Positions 50,926-60,986 of a DNA stretch of 64,000 nucleotides are shown here, piece by piece (the stretch's first letter is position 1; every line of letters starts with the position of its first letter). Under the pieces are notes generated by a model. The model saw only the letters and a program-made list of their open reading frames with translations, was not told where the DNA came from and did not search any database. Origin of the DNA: Bispira polyomma (lineage: Eukaryota). The stretch is from positions 35,898,001-35,962,000 of the forward strand of contig OZ287752.1 of NCBI GenBank assembly GCA_965649765.1. Direction: 5' to 3'. Made by a program: the position numbers and the translations under genes.

Positions 50926-52651
50926 GAAGCATAGTTTATTGTTTTGTATATTTATATCTATATATATATAACTTTCTACGGAATATATTTGTTAACTATC
51001 TTCAACAGATATAATTATGTAAATAACAACTGTGATATGCATATTGTTCTCTCCGAGTCTAATTAGTTTTTTTATTGTTTTTCTTTCATACTTAAATACT
51101 CGCTTATGCTATAATGTCAATAACCTTTGATAACATTTGTTTATATATATTTTTTTGTATGTTTGTATTTTACAAAGTTTTATTTTTTGCTAGAGAGTTT
51201 TAATATTGTTATGTGTTATCCTTTTTTTAACCACAAAAAAAGAAGACTCACTGACTAGGCTAGGGTAATGATAATTACAAAATATTCTTAAGATTTAGTG
51301 CTTATTAATCTTGTGTCTCATAGTCTATAAATGAAATAGAAAACATTGACAAAGTTAAAAAAAATATCTTTGAAATATTTTCATCTCATTTTTAAATAGA
51401 TCACTTCTGGCAATAATTATGTAATAAGGTATTTTTACTTGCATCCTGGGTAGCCAGATTACTATACAGCTATAACGACAACTGGAAATCTAAGTTAGGA
51501 ATCGTCTTGGCATATATTCAAAAGTCTGAGCCCTGTAGCGTTAATTTATTTTCCACATCCATATGGTGCTCATTCTTAGTTGAATCTACACACATTCATT
51601 ATATACTCTAATGCTAATAACTCTGTAATAGAATAAAAAAATCAGTATTACTAGCTTGGCTAGTAAGGGATGGGCCTTATAGCTAACCCGGTAGAGTGTG
51701 GGTCTTGTGTTTAATCCCCTGTATGCCTGTTCCATGACATTTGGTGCCCAATGTGAGTCTGGCTAGTGTGCTTGGAATAGACACAGATTAGAGAGACAGT
51801 GGTGCTGGTTAGTGTGTAAACCAGTAAGAACCCTGGGACAGGGTTTTATATGTGGAGTGAATGTCACATAACCCTTAAAAGTGTTAACATAGCTACTACT
51901 GCCATGGCTAGGATTGGTTTCTCTTATAGCTGACCTGGTAGAGTTTGGGTCTTGTGTTTTAGAGGTTGTTGTTGTTTCTAATCCCCTATGTGCCTGTCCC
52001 ATGACACCTACATGTAACAAAGGGAATCGCAGTAGTCACGGTGACCACTTACAAGGAAGTTAGCTACAGTGATGGCAGTATCTAGTGACAAGTGATTTCT
52101 GAATCTTTTGATATCACAAATGTGATAGTAATTTTAGCAAAAAATGTTGCTGATGTGTGTATCAAATAAGAAAGTGAAATCAATAGTGACACCAAGGTTA
52201 TTGACATTCTCAGGCTGTATATACTTGCCTGGTAGTATAATCGGGAATCAGGGTTTCAGTGTGTTTCTTACTACCAATGGGAATAAATTCAGTTGTTTTT
52301 TTTTTTTTGGTATTTAATTTCAATTTAGACAGTCAGCAATTAGACCAAGATTTTAACCAATGAAGAAAAAGACACAAAAAATCTAAATATGTCTCATTTT
52401 ATGACAAAAATAGAAATCAAACTATGTGTGCATGATATATTTCATGGACAATAACAGTATTCACGAAGTTCTTTGAACTGACAAATAAAATTTATTCATG
52501 AAACACACAGATATTTATAGTAAGAACACATATACAGCCGAAAAGTTAATGAACTACATTGTACATTATGTTTTTCAGGGAACATAGGTGGTTTCATAAC
52601 GTGTCCATATATGACTGTTGTGTATGTACATATCTATTTGGTGATATCCAA

Positions 52652-52683
52652 CTAGTCTGTGCTGTCCATCATATCACAAAACT
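52652..52683 (-). CDS. Calmodulin-like gene, last exon (EFCDMMDSTD*)
   Basis: Acceptor tattgtttttcag, phase 1; matches the calmodulin terminal exon EFVQMMTAK; AATAAA on the minus strand at 52496-52491. Confidence 0.85.
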
Positions 52684-53664
52684 CTGAAAAACAATACAGG
52701 GAAAAGTATATTTATACTTATGTCATTTCATTTACAGTGTTATACCACGACAGCCAACAAGTGTTGTCATTGGCGTCCAACCAAATCCATGAAAGCCTTA
52801 CATATTATTTCTCACATGGCGGCCAACTGATAATCGCCTAATAATATAAATCTGACGCCCCTTACTTGCGTCGGATTGATTGCTTCCAGCCAATTCATGA
52901 AGACGTTACATATTTCCAACAAAGCAGCGCCATTTCCAGAATGAAATGAACATTGTGCTGCACCTGATAAAAAGAACGGCCAAATCACTTGAGAGTTTCA
53001 GTTTTATTTAAAATTCTGGTAAAATCCAGCAGACTAACTGAAAGTATAGTGTTTCTGAACAAATATGATTTCAAATAATGTCCACATATTTGTACTCTCA
53101 TTAATAGTGTAGCGATCCTTGTTTCAAACTGAATAATGGGCTGATATATTTTACAGTTTACGAATTGTTCCAAAAGTACAAAACATTTTAAAAAAGTATT
53201 TTTTTATCTGTGATATGAGTATTTTTTTATTGATATATTTAGGTTAATCCATTATAAACAACAAATTTGAGTTGAACAACACTGTAAGACAGCCCATATA
53301 CATAAAATAAAGACGTAAATGTTTCCTAATTCTATTTTTTAAAAAGATGCACTGGAATTGAGATTGTTACTATTGGTAATTTTTTTACTTATTAACAGAT
53401 TCTTGAAAAATGTTAAAAGTGTTAATTAACCCTTTCCTGACTGCTTTCCTCAACTGCCTTAGTTACTGACATTCCCCTAACTGAAGAGAGAGACTTGAGG
53501 ATGACCATTTATCCATGCCCCTAAGGAACTTTAGCTTGCCACTGGGGATAAGATTCTTAAGATCCTTTTAAAGCCTTAACCAACTTAATCTTCAACAGGG
53601 CATGCCTGTGGTGGGCTGACGCCCATGCGACAGCCCCCCTCAGTTCTGGTGGCAGGTCACTGGG

Positions 53665-53735
53665 GGGCCAATTAGGCCACCTGGGGTCACGGGGGCAAGT
53701 ATAAAAGGGATTTCCGCCAACAGGCGCCATCATTA
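53665..53735 (+). promoter_or_regulatory. Putative internal Pol II promoter of element C (CCAAT, TATA, Inr)
   Basis: ggCCAATtag ~53668, TATAAAAG 53700-53707, TCATT 30 bp downstream; same layout in B (31826-31893, with TATACAAG). Confidence 0.6.
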
Positions 53736-53839
53736 GTTAAAAACAGTTCATAGATACAAGTGTTTTACAATTGGGGCTTTTACTACCCAGGGCTTTTACT
53801 ACCCAGATATTGTTTTACATTTTAATTGAATGTGTAGTC

Positions 53840-54835
53840 ATGCCTAAGGAATACCCGTGTAGTGTATGTTCTGGTCGGCACGAACGTCCAGTTGGGAAGA
53901 AATGTAAATTTAATCCGTTGGACAGCGTCGCTGATGAGGTGGCTGCCATTGATCCCGCTGTGCCTGCTGTTTCTGATTCCGTATCTAGTTTGATACTTCA
54001 ACAACTGGTCGTGATGAATGAAAAGATGGACAGCATGGATCAACGAGTACAAGCTACTGAGGCGGCGCTGTGTAAACCCAGCGCACAGGCATGTAACACA
54101 GTTTCTAAATCTGTATCTAATGTCCCTAGTGTTAGTGAACCAGTGTTTGAGGCCGTTGTGCCCTCCCTAGATTACCTGCGTTCAAATTCTGGCTTACAGA
54201 GTCAGGTAGACCAGCGCTTGCTGCAACTGCAACAACTCAATGATTTAACGGGAGGTAAACTGAAATCCCAAAGAGGTGGCGCGGAAGCTCCCGTTAAACG
54301 TCATGTTGATTGGCCACAAAATTTTGTCTTATCTGGTGTAAAAAAGGTTAGACCCACTTATGATGACCTTACTTTGGTTCAGTTCGTCTCCGGGTTTGTT
54401 CGCTGTACGCAAGAGCAAAAAGAGTCCTCTGTCCGCGAGGCCATGTTGGAATATCTGGCATGTCTTATGGATGACGCCCATGATTTTTCGTGGGATGCCG
54501 CCAAAGCCGCTCACGCCATTTTGTTAACCAACATGGAAATGGACCGATTGAATTGGACGGATGTCGAAAAGGTCGACCGGGTAAGGCGCGCTCATGCACA
54601 GCGTCATGTAACGTCCTCAGCTAGTGGGTCTGGCCTTTCTAAAAGCAATGTTGGCAGTAAGGGTAAAACCTCGGTGAAAACAGCTGGAGTAAATTGTCGA
54701 TTCTTCCAAGAAGGAACGTGCAAATTTGATGCCAGCCATCGCACTTCTGGACAGTGGTTCAAACACTGCTGTGAGAGCTGTGGTGGCACGCACCAAACCA
54801 AGTTGTGCTCCAAAAAGTCGGTGTCAAAAAACTAA
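53840..54835 (+). CDS. Gag of element C (start MPKEYPC at 53840)
   Basis: N-terminal CxxC-xxx-H...C knuckle, coiled-coil-like segments, WPQ/YDDL motifs, C-terminal CRFFQEGTC...H...HCCESC...H....C finger. Confidence 0.9.
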   Translation: MPKEYPCSVCSGRHERPVGKKCKFNPLDSVADEVAAIDPAVPAVSDSVSSLILQQLVVMNEKMDSMDQRVQATEAALCKPSAQACNTVSKSVSNVPSVSEPVFEAVVPSLDYLRSNSGLQSQVDQRLLQLQQLNDLTGGKLKSQRGGAEAPVKRHVDWPQNFVLSGVKKVRPTYDDLTLVQFVSGFVRCTQEQKESSVREAMLEYLACLMDDAHDFSWDAAKAAHAILLTNMEMDRLNWTDVEKVDRVRRAHAQRHVTSSASGSGLSKSNVGSKGKTSVKTAGVNCRFFQEGTCKFDASHRTSGQWFKHCCESCGGTHQTKLCSKKSVSKN

Positions 54836-54860
54836 GGGGCCACTGCAGTATTGCAGTGGC
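54826..54860 (+). promoter_or_regulatory. Predicted -1 ribosomal frameshift signal (gag->pol)
   Basis: A_AAA_AAC heptamer directly before the gag TAA, 6-nt spacer, perfect 9-bp hairpin GCCACTGCA-gtat-TGCAGTGGC; conserved in B at 32875-32907. Confidence 0.75.
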
Positions 54861-54866
54861 TGCTAA

Positions 54867-57353
54867 GAAACTTGCTCTAGAGTTGTATATAATTCTACTT
54901 TTAGGGATTTTAAACTGTTTGATCATGTGTGTTGTAAATATAATGTGTGTACTGGACCCCGAGTTAACAGGTCATACCGGGACGTGTTGCAACAGGGCCT
55001 TGTGGTTACTGATACCAAGATTTGTGGAAACCGGGAAATGGGAAAAGTTAACACTGTTTCTGTTAATAAAACTCCCCAAGGTAGCAAACTCGTGTTCCAT
55101 AATTCATCATTGCACAAGGTGTCGGGAAGGAAGCATTCACCCGTGGAGGTGTTAAATACACCAGCTGACAGGCGACGTGAGAAAACAAATCACCAAAGGG
55201 TGTTAAGAAAAACACCTTTGGGTGGTGTGAAAACATCCGTGAATAGGGGGGTCTGTAACAATGCAAACCGGGTGTTACAAAACAAACCAATTGCGTCCAA
55301 AACAATTGAACTAAGTGATGGCAAAGGGTGCTCTAAACTTCTGGTTTCTCCGAGTGTGAAAACAATTGGCGCGGGTACCACTCCAAGTAATGCTAACAAT
55401 AGTGGGTTTCGCCTTCCCATTCATAACCGGTTTAGTTGTTTAGACATTCCTGATGTAGAACTTCCTGACTCGAGTGACACGTTAGGTAAGGTCGATTTCA
55501 CACCTAATCCACCACCTAACAAGAGATCTAACCCGTGTGATGACAAGTATGTACTGGACCTCTCAGGAGGCCTTGATAAAAGACAGCGCTTAAATGCAGC
55601 TAAAGATAATGTGACCTACAAGTTGTGGGATATACAGAATAGTGGAAAGTATGGGTTCATACCAACTAGTTCCTGGGGTACCCCAGTGATTGATTGTTCC
55701 AATAACCAATTGATCACAGACGTGTTTACACTACATAAGTCCCTTAAATTGGATGGGAGACCAAATTATAAGGGTTTACAAGTCCCCATACACACCCAAC
55801 TGACGGTCCCTGCCTGGGAAAAGTACTTAGCGAATTATTGGGATTGGGAACTCCCCTTACTGATAAAATTCGGATTTCCTCTTGACTGTAATGAAGAACA
55901 CGAGTTCAAGTCTGACTTGAACAATCATGCTTCAGCCAATCAATATCCTGAACATGTGAACCATTACCTGAAAGAAGAATGTTCTATGGGTGCTATGTAT
56001 GGACCTTTCGTCCATCCCCCAATTGATGATGTGCACACATCCCCATTTATGACTAGAGACAAATCAAGCTCGGTTAACCGACGAGTCATAATCGATCTGA
56101 GTTGGCCCATCGGTCATTCGGTTAATGCAGCCGTGTCATCAAGTTCGTATCTGGACAAGGAATTTGTACTTACTTACCCTTCCATAGATGACATAACCCA
56201 ACAAGTGTTGCAAAACGGTAGGGGCTCCTTGCTATTTAAAGCGGATATTAGTCGCGCATTCCGTCACGTTACCATAGACCCCAGAGACATCAATCGCCTG
56301 GGCTTATACTGGGACGGCTACTATGTCGACGGCTCGTTGCCCTTTGGCTACCGACACGGTTCAGTGAATTTTCAGAGAATTTCTGACGGTATAAGGTATA
56401 TAATGGAAGGTGAAGGTCATCAAATCACCAACTATATAGACGATCTGTTATGTTCTTCTGTTCCCTCAAAAATCTATAAAACGTACCACCGACTGCAGGC
56501 CCTTTTGTCCGAGTTGGGTTTGACTCTCAGCAAGAAGAAGCTGGTTCCTCCAGCCACCCGGGTAACCTGCCTAGGCATAGTTATAGATACAGTTCGGTTC
56601 ACTACATCGATACCAGAGGACAAACTAGCTCAGGTTCAAAAAATATGTGGCAATTGGAGTGATAAAAAGCAGTGTACTAAGCGGGAGCTCCAATATTTAT
56701 TGGGTTCTTTGCTATATATTTCTAAATGCGTGAAGTACTCACGATTTTTTCTGAATCGGATGTTGCAACTCCTCCGAAGCAATCACCACAAAAGAAGTAT
56801 GAAAATTAACCCTGAGTTCAAAAAGGACCTTAACTGGTTCATTGAGTTTCTCCATAAATACAATGGGGTGACATTTTTTCATCATGCCCCCATTACTGAC
56901 ATTGTAGAGTTGGATGCCTGCCTAACAGGCATGGGAGGAGTGTATGGCAAACAAGTATATTACCTTCCCATTCCTGCTGCTATGCAGAAACATAATATTG
57001 CTTCATTGGAGATGCTTAACATTCGTGTGGCTTTGAAATTGTGGGGCAAATACTGGCAAGGACGTAGACTGTTAATTAAATGTGATAACCAGGCTGTTGT
57101 AAGTGTCCTTACTCATGGTAGAACTAGAGATAGCGAATTAGCCCTGTACTCACGGAACATATTCATGCTGGCTAGCCAGCTCGATGTAGAGATACAGGTG
57201 GTTCATATTCTAGGAAATGACAATACCACTGCTGACCTCTTGTCTCGCTGGACAAATTCAATTAAGGATAATGTTCTCTTACAGGAGCTGGTGGGCAATG
57301 TCCAATGGTGTGCCGTGACAGAGGACCACTTACTGCTTAATCACCACATTTAG
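54867..57353 (+). CDS. Pol of element C: ~250-aa leader + reverse transcriptase + RNase H
   Basis: Frame open from 54867; RRVIIDLSWP, FKADISRAF, LPFG, YIDD, CLGI; RNase H DACLTG, LEM, CDNQAVV, HILGNDNTTADLLSR. Confidence 0.95.
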   Translation, partial: ETCSRVVYNSTFRDFKLFDHVCCKYNVCTGPRVNRSYRDVLQQGLVVTDTKICGNREMGKVNTVSVNKTPQGSKLVFHNSSLHKVSGRKHSPVEVLNTPADRRREKTNHQRVLRKTPLGGVKTSVNRGVCNNANRVLQNKPIASKTIELSDGKGCSKLLVSPSVKTIGAGTTPSNANNSGFRLPIHNRFSCLDIPDVELPDSSDTLGKVDFTPNPPPNKRSNPCDDKYVLDLSGGLDKRQRLNAAKDNVTYKLWDIQNSGKYGFIPTSSWGTPVIDCSNNQLITDVFTLHKSLKLDGRPNYKGLQVPIHTQLTVPAWEKYLANYWDWELPLLIKFGFPLDCNEEHEFKSDLNNHASANQYPEHVNHYLKEECSMGAMYGPFVHPPIDDVHTSPFMTRDKSSSVNRRVIIDLSWPIGHSVNAAVSSSSYLDKEFVLTYPSIDDITQQVLQNGRGSLLFKADISRAFRHVTIDPRDINRLGLYWDGYYVDGSLPFGYRHGSVNFQRISDGIRYIMEGEGHQITNYIDDLLCSSVPSKIYKTYHRLQALLSELGLTLSKKKLVPPATRVTCLGIVIDTVRFTTSIPEDKLAQVQKICGNWSDKKQCTKRELQYLLGSLLYISKCVKYSRFFLNRMLQLLRSNHHKRSMKINPEFKKDLNWFIEFLHKYNGVTFFHHAPITDIVELDACLTGMGGVYGKQVYYLPIPAAMQKHNIASLEMLNIRVALKLWGKYWQGRRLLIKCDNQAVVSVLTHGRTRDSELALYSRNIFMLASQLDVEIQVVHILGNDNTTADLLSRWTNSIKDNVLLQELVGNVQWCAVTEDHLLLNHHI

Positions 57354-57435
57354 ATATTGCTTTGTCTGGTTGCATGGTATTATGTTGATCAACCTTTACA
57401 AATGTTACTTTGTCTGCTTTGTGTTTGTGTTATAG

Positions 57436-58274
57436 CTAGAACTCCCCTGCAGCAGTTATTATATCTAAATGCAACGAAGAAGCTTCACCTGGCCTTCTGC
57501 AGGTCTACAGACAGATCTTATACTGCGATGTATAGGGTGTACCAAGCTTATGCATCCTTCTCGGATCTGCCTTGTGACCAGGTGACAGCTATTGATCTTC
57601 TTGCTTTTTTAGAATTGTTACACTTTAACTCTGTAAAACCTGCCCATATGGCCAATTATTTATCTGCTATTAAAGCTAAGAGTATTGTATACAATGTGCC
57701 CATTCATGCCTTCAGTGACCCTCGCTTGGCTTACTATCAAAAGTCTGTCCAATTAGCTGCCCCCTTAAATGTTCAGCTCAAAAAGATTATAGACATACCT
57801 CTTCTGACTAGTATTGTCAATGTCTCCAACACCACTTACATGGGTCCTATCTTTACAGCTGTGTATTTGGTCAGCTACTTTTCCTTCCTGAGGTTATCCA
57901 ACTTAGTACCTCATTCCTGTCTTCAGTTTTCTGCTTTAAGACATCTATCAAGGGCTGATGTTATGTTTCACAGGGACAAAGCTGTCCTTTTGGTAAAATG
58001 GTCCAAAACAATGCAGATTAATAATCAGATTAGACTTATTACTATCCCACGTTTGGTGGGTTCCCCTCTTTGCCCTGTGGGGTCACTGCAGGCAATTATG
58101 GCTCTTACTCCGTCTGAACCTAATTCACCCTTATTTCAATTGAGAGACAAATCTCACTGGGTTCCTCTTACTGACACCCGTGTCCGCAGGCATTTCAAAA
58201 CGATACTTGCCAGGCTCCAGTTGCAGGATTCTGGCCTCACACTGCACGCTTTCCGACGTTCGGGTGCACAGTAG
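57436..58274 (+). pseudogene. Tyrosine recombinase of element C, C-terminally truncated
   Basis: FLRLSN, WSKT, LCPV and HAFRRSGA present; the downstream HGxW and catalytic Tyr seen in A are missing. Confidence 0.9.
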
Positions 58275-58337
58275 TTCATCCAGCATTAGTAAACGTAGAC
58301 ATTAACCCTGGATAAGACACATAGTATGAAAGCTAAC

Positions 58338-58481
58338 CTTTGAAGCTGATTCGGCCTTCCTCCTTGCCAGCTTCTTTGATCATTTGGCGGACATCCTCCT
58401 TGGTTACATCCTCCCCTAGACGATACATCACCTCAGATAACTCTGACTCTGTGATAAACCCATCACCATTCTTATCAAAGA
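58338..58481 (-). CDS. Calmodulin-like gene, exon 5 (EF3 and degenerate EF4)
   Basis: Acceptor ttttaatttag, donor AAG|GTTAGC; VFDKNGDGFITESELSEVMYRLGEDVTKEDVRQMIKEAGKEEGRISFK. Confidence 0.92.
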
Positions 58482-58916
58482 CTAAATTAAAAATACAACA
58501 TGTACTAAATTAACAGTGCTAAGGTCCATCAATTCTTAGAAATGTCAAGTACAACTGCTTTCCTCAATACTTTAAAATCTCATGTATTACTGAGTTTTTT
58601 CATAAATAAAGTACAACAGTTTTCGAAATACTTTAAATTCTCTTGCAAATTCAAAATCAAAAATGCCAATGTCTTTATAGATATTGTCAAATCCAATTTC
58701 CACTGCTTTGTTAAATATCTTCAAAGTCCAGTTATCACCGCCCTTGTAAATAATCATACATTAAGTACCCTGATTTTGTGACTTGAAAATTTTCATCAGC
58801 AATTAAGTTTGGGCTATATTTGCCAATGTGTTTGAGCAAGAAAATTAATCCCTAATCAAAAAGTTTTTTTTTCATATAAGAGGAAAAGGCTAATTATGAA
58901 AGTAACTTCAGCAAAC

Positions 58917-59018
58917 CTTGAAATGTTTCCTTAATGATGTCATATCCGTCTAGGTCTGTGCCCTGTAATGTATTGGACATCATGGACATGAACTCATGGA
59001 AGTCAATCATTCCATTAC
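58917..59018 (-). CDS. Calmodulin-like gene, exon 4
   Basis: Acceptor tcctttcctcag, donor AAG|GTTTGC; GNGMIDFHEFMSMMSNTLQGTDLDGYDIIKETFQ. Confidence 0.92.
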
Positions 59019-60020
59019 CTGAGGAAAGGATATGAGTAATTGTGGATAATAGTGCAATAATTTAACTGATACTGCTTTCCTCATCCTTATGGATTATGAT
59101 ACTCTGCATAGTAGTAGACAAATTGGACAGTGTAGCTTGAAAGTTGCTACTCCAGTAGATAGAAGAGGTTACCACTAGTTGTTATATCCTAGACAAAAAT
59201 TACTTCTTTCAAGAACAAAATATATATCTCTTTAGCCTGGCCAACCCACCACCCCTAGCATTTTTCTCCCCTGTCGATGTGTTCACTGGTTACAGCATTT
59301 TTCTTGCCACTATTCCGTTTTGGACAACAAGCACTTGAGAGGATTTACACCAAACGGATACTATACAAATTTAACAATAACAAATTTATTTATTATGAAT
59401 CAAAATATTAAAAAAAGATAATGTTGGGCTTCTAAAAATCTCTGAAGTAGTCTGCTGAACTAGCGAGAGGTGAACACTAGTGAGTTGTTTTCTAGCAAGG
59501 CAAGTGGTTTGATAGTTTTTTATGGTGAACTTCGTGGAATTTCGTGGCTGTTCTTCACTATTCTTGCCTCCTCTTAGGTACTCCTGCCTAGTATAAATTC
59601 AGGATTATGCTACAAAATAGCAATTTTCTACAAAGCTATGCCACCTGGGGCCATCTTTGGAACCTTGTCTCCTTATATTTCTTCTAAATACACGCGAATA
59701 GGATTTCTAACCCAGATATGATAGGAGATGATCTTTACCAATCGTGGCTCAGATCTGGAATTGTGGGGCCTTGATATGATTACTCGTTGACAGAGCCATA
59801 GATATCTAATGTTTAAGTTGACTTTGGGAAAAGTTAAAGAATAATCACCCTAAATTTAGTGGCATGTGTATTTATTTTGCAAAAACTTTTTTAAAATAAT
59901 CACATGATTCTCATAAGTTACTGATCCTGTTCAGACAACTTAATCCTCTCAATATAACATAATTATCTGGTAATAATAATGTCATAAAAATGGGATGTAT
60001 GGAGACAAGACATAACCCAC

Positions 60021-60164
60021 CATCTGTGTCTATGCGCTGTAACATATCCAGTACTTCAGCCTCTGTGGGGTTCTGACCTAGTGACCTCATTACACGACCC
60101 AGTTCCTTCGTGGTCACCGTTCCGTCGTTGTCAAGGTCAAGGTGAGCAAAGGTCTCGGTCAGCT
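60021..60164 (-). CDS. Calmodulin-like gene, exon 3 (144 bp; EF1 and start of EF2)
   Basis: Acceptor tttcctccacag, donor ATG|GTGGGT; [48 protein letters not shown]; same size and phase as the canonical calmodulin exon. Confidence 0.95.
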
Positions 60165-60955
60165 CTGTGGAGGAAATATTGAGACTAAAAAAGTTACTTC
60201 CAGTATGAGTTAGTCTGGAATTCCACATATTTATAAAATCATATATTAGATATGTTTACTGTATCCAGAGTTGAGTATAAGCTAATTATACGTTCGGGCC
60301 TCTGGGTAACTATGTAAATGGCGGTCTCTACTATTGGGTCATAACACCCGTGGCAGGCTAAAGAACTTTAGCGACACTGATAAATGGCCTTTCTCAAATT
60401 TTTGTCTGCAGCTACAAGGAATAACAGTTTTTTTGTGTTGGCAGGCATTCTCTTTAATTCAAGAATGCAGTAAGATACAAACCAACTTCTGATACCAAAA
60501 ATGTCATCAACTTTGTCTTCAGTGCCAACTACAGCTAACAGCCAACAGTAAATGTTATTTGGTCAATGTTACTTTTGCTACTCGAGGATACGATCCAGTG
60601 ACAGATTGCTGACAGTTTAATTGGTTATTTGAGTCACTATCTATCTACTTAAACCTGAGATCGAAACCAGGTCCTGTACAAACTAGGCCCCAGTAAGAGG
60701 TTCTATAGGATATATCATATTTAAAAAATTTAAAACATTGCTTAATTTCTTTGTTTATTTCTATCTGGGGTTTAAATCTTATATATAGCCAGGTGTCGAA
60801 GTATATTTCAATAGTACAAGTAGTAGTTATTTACAATTAGATATATTTATAGATAAACTTTAAGCAATTTGTGGCAAAAAGCAGTCAAGTACCAATAGAG
60901 GTGTTTAGAGCTGTAAAGCTATGGGGTCATGTTTTTAAAAACAACTGGTTGTTAC

Positions 60956-60986
60956 CTTGAACTTGTTCTTTAGTCAGGTTGTACAT
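60956..60986 (-). CDS. Calmodulin-like gene, exon 2 (31 bp)
   Basis: Acceptor gatttgtag, donor AAG|GTAACA; MYNLTKEQVQ(E) corresponds to calmodulin ADQLTEEQIA(E), also a 31-bp exon. Confidence 0.88.

Larger units (their letters stand above)
53620..58270 (+). mobile_element. Element C: young YR retrotransposon (DIRS order, Ngaro-like), 3'-truncated, inside the last intron of the calmodulin-like gene
   Basis: Open gag, an 808-aa pol ORF with RT and RNase H, and a YR ORF cut after HAFRRSGA. Confidence 0.95.

Noticed and set aside
51675-52010. Repeated atagct...ggtagag...catgaca units followed by tttggtgcc as an LTR plus primer-binding site
   Set aside because: Too short and degenerate, with no adjacent gag-pol; more likely a small tRNA-derived repeat
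54805-55155. 116-aa hydrophobic ORF in the -1 frame after the slippery site as a distinct transframe protein
   Set aside because: Comparison with B shows conservation in the pol frame (SRVVYNS.FRDF); better explained by a copy-specific indel in C
58260-58337. Terminal calmodulin-like exon immediately after exon 5 (acceptor at ~58308)
   Set aside because: Would need a 30-nt intron and gives no EF-hand helix; the exon at 52683-52652 matches calmodulin much better
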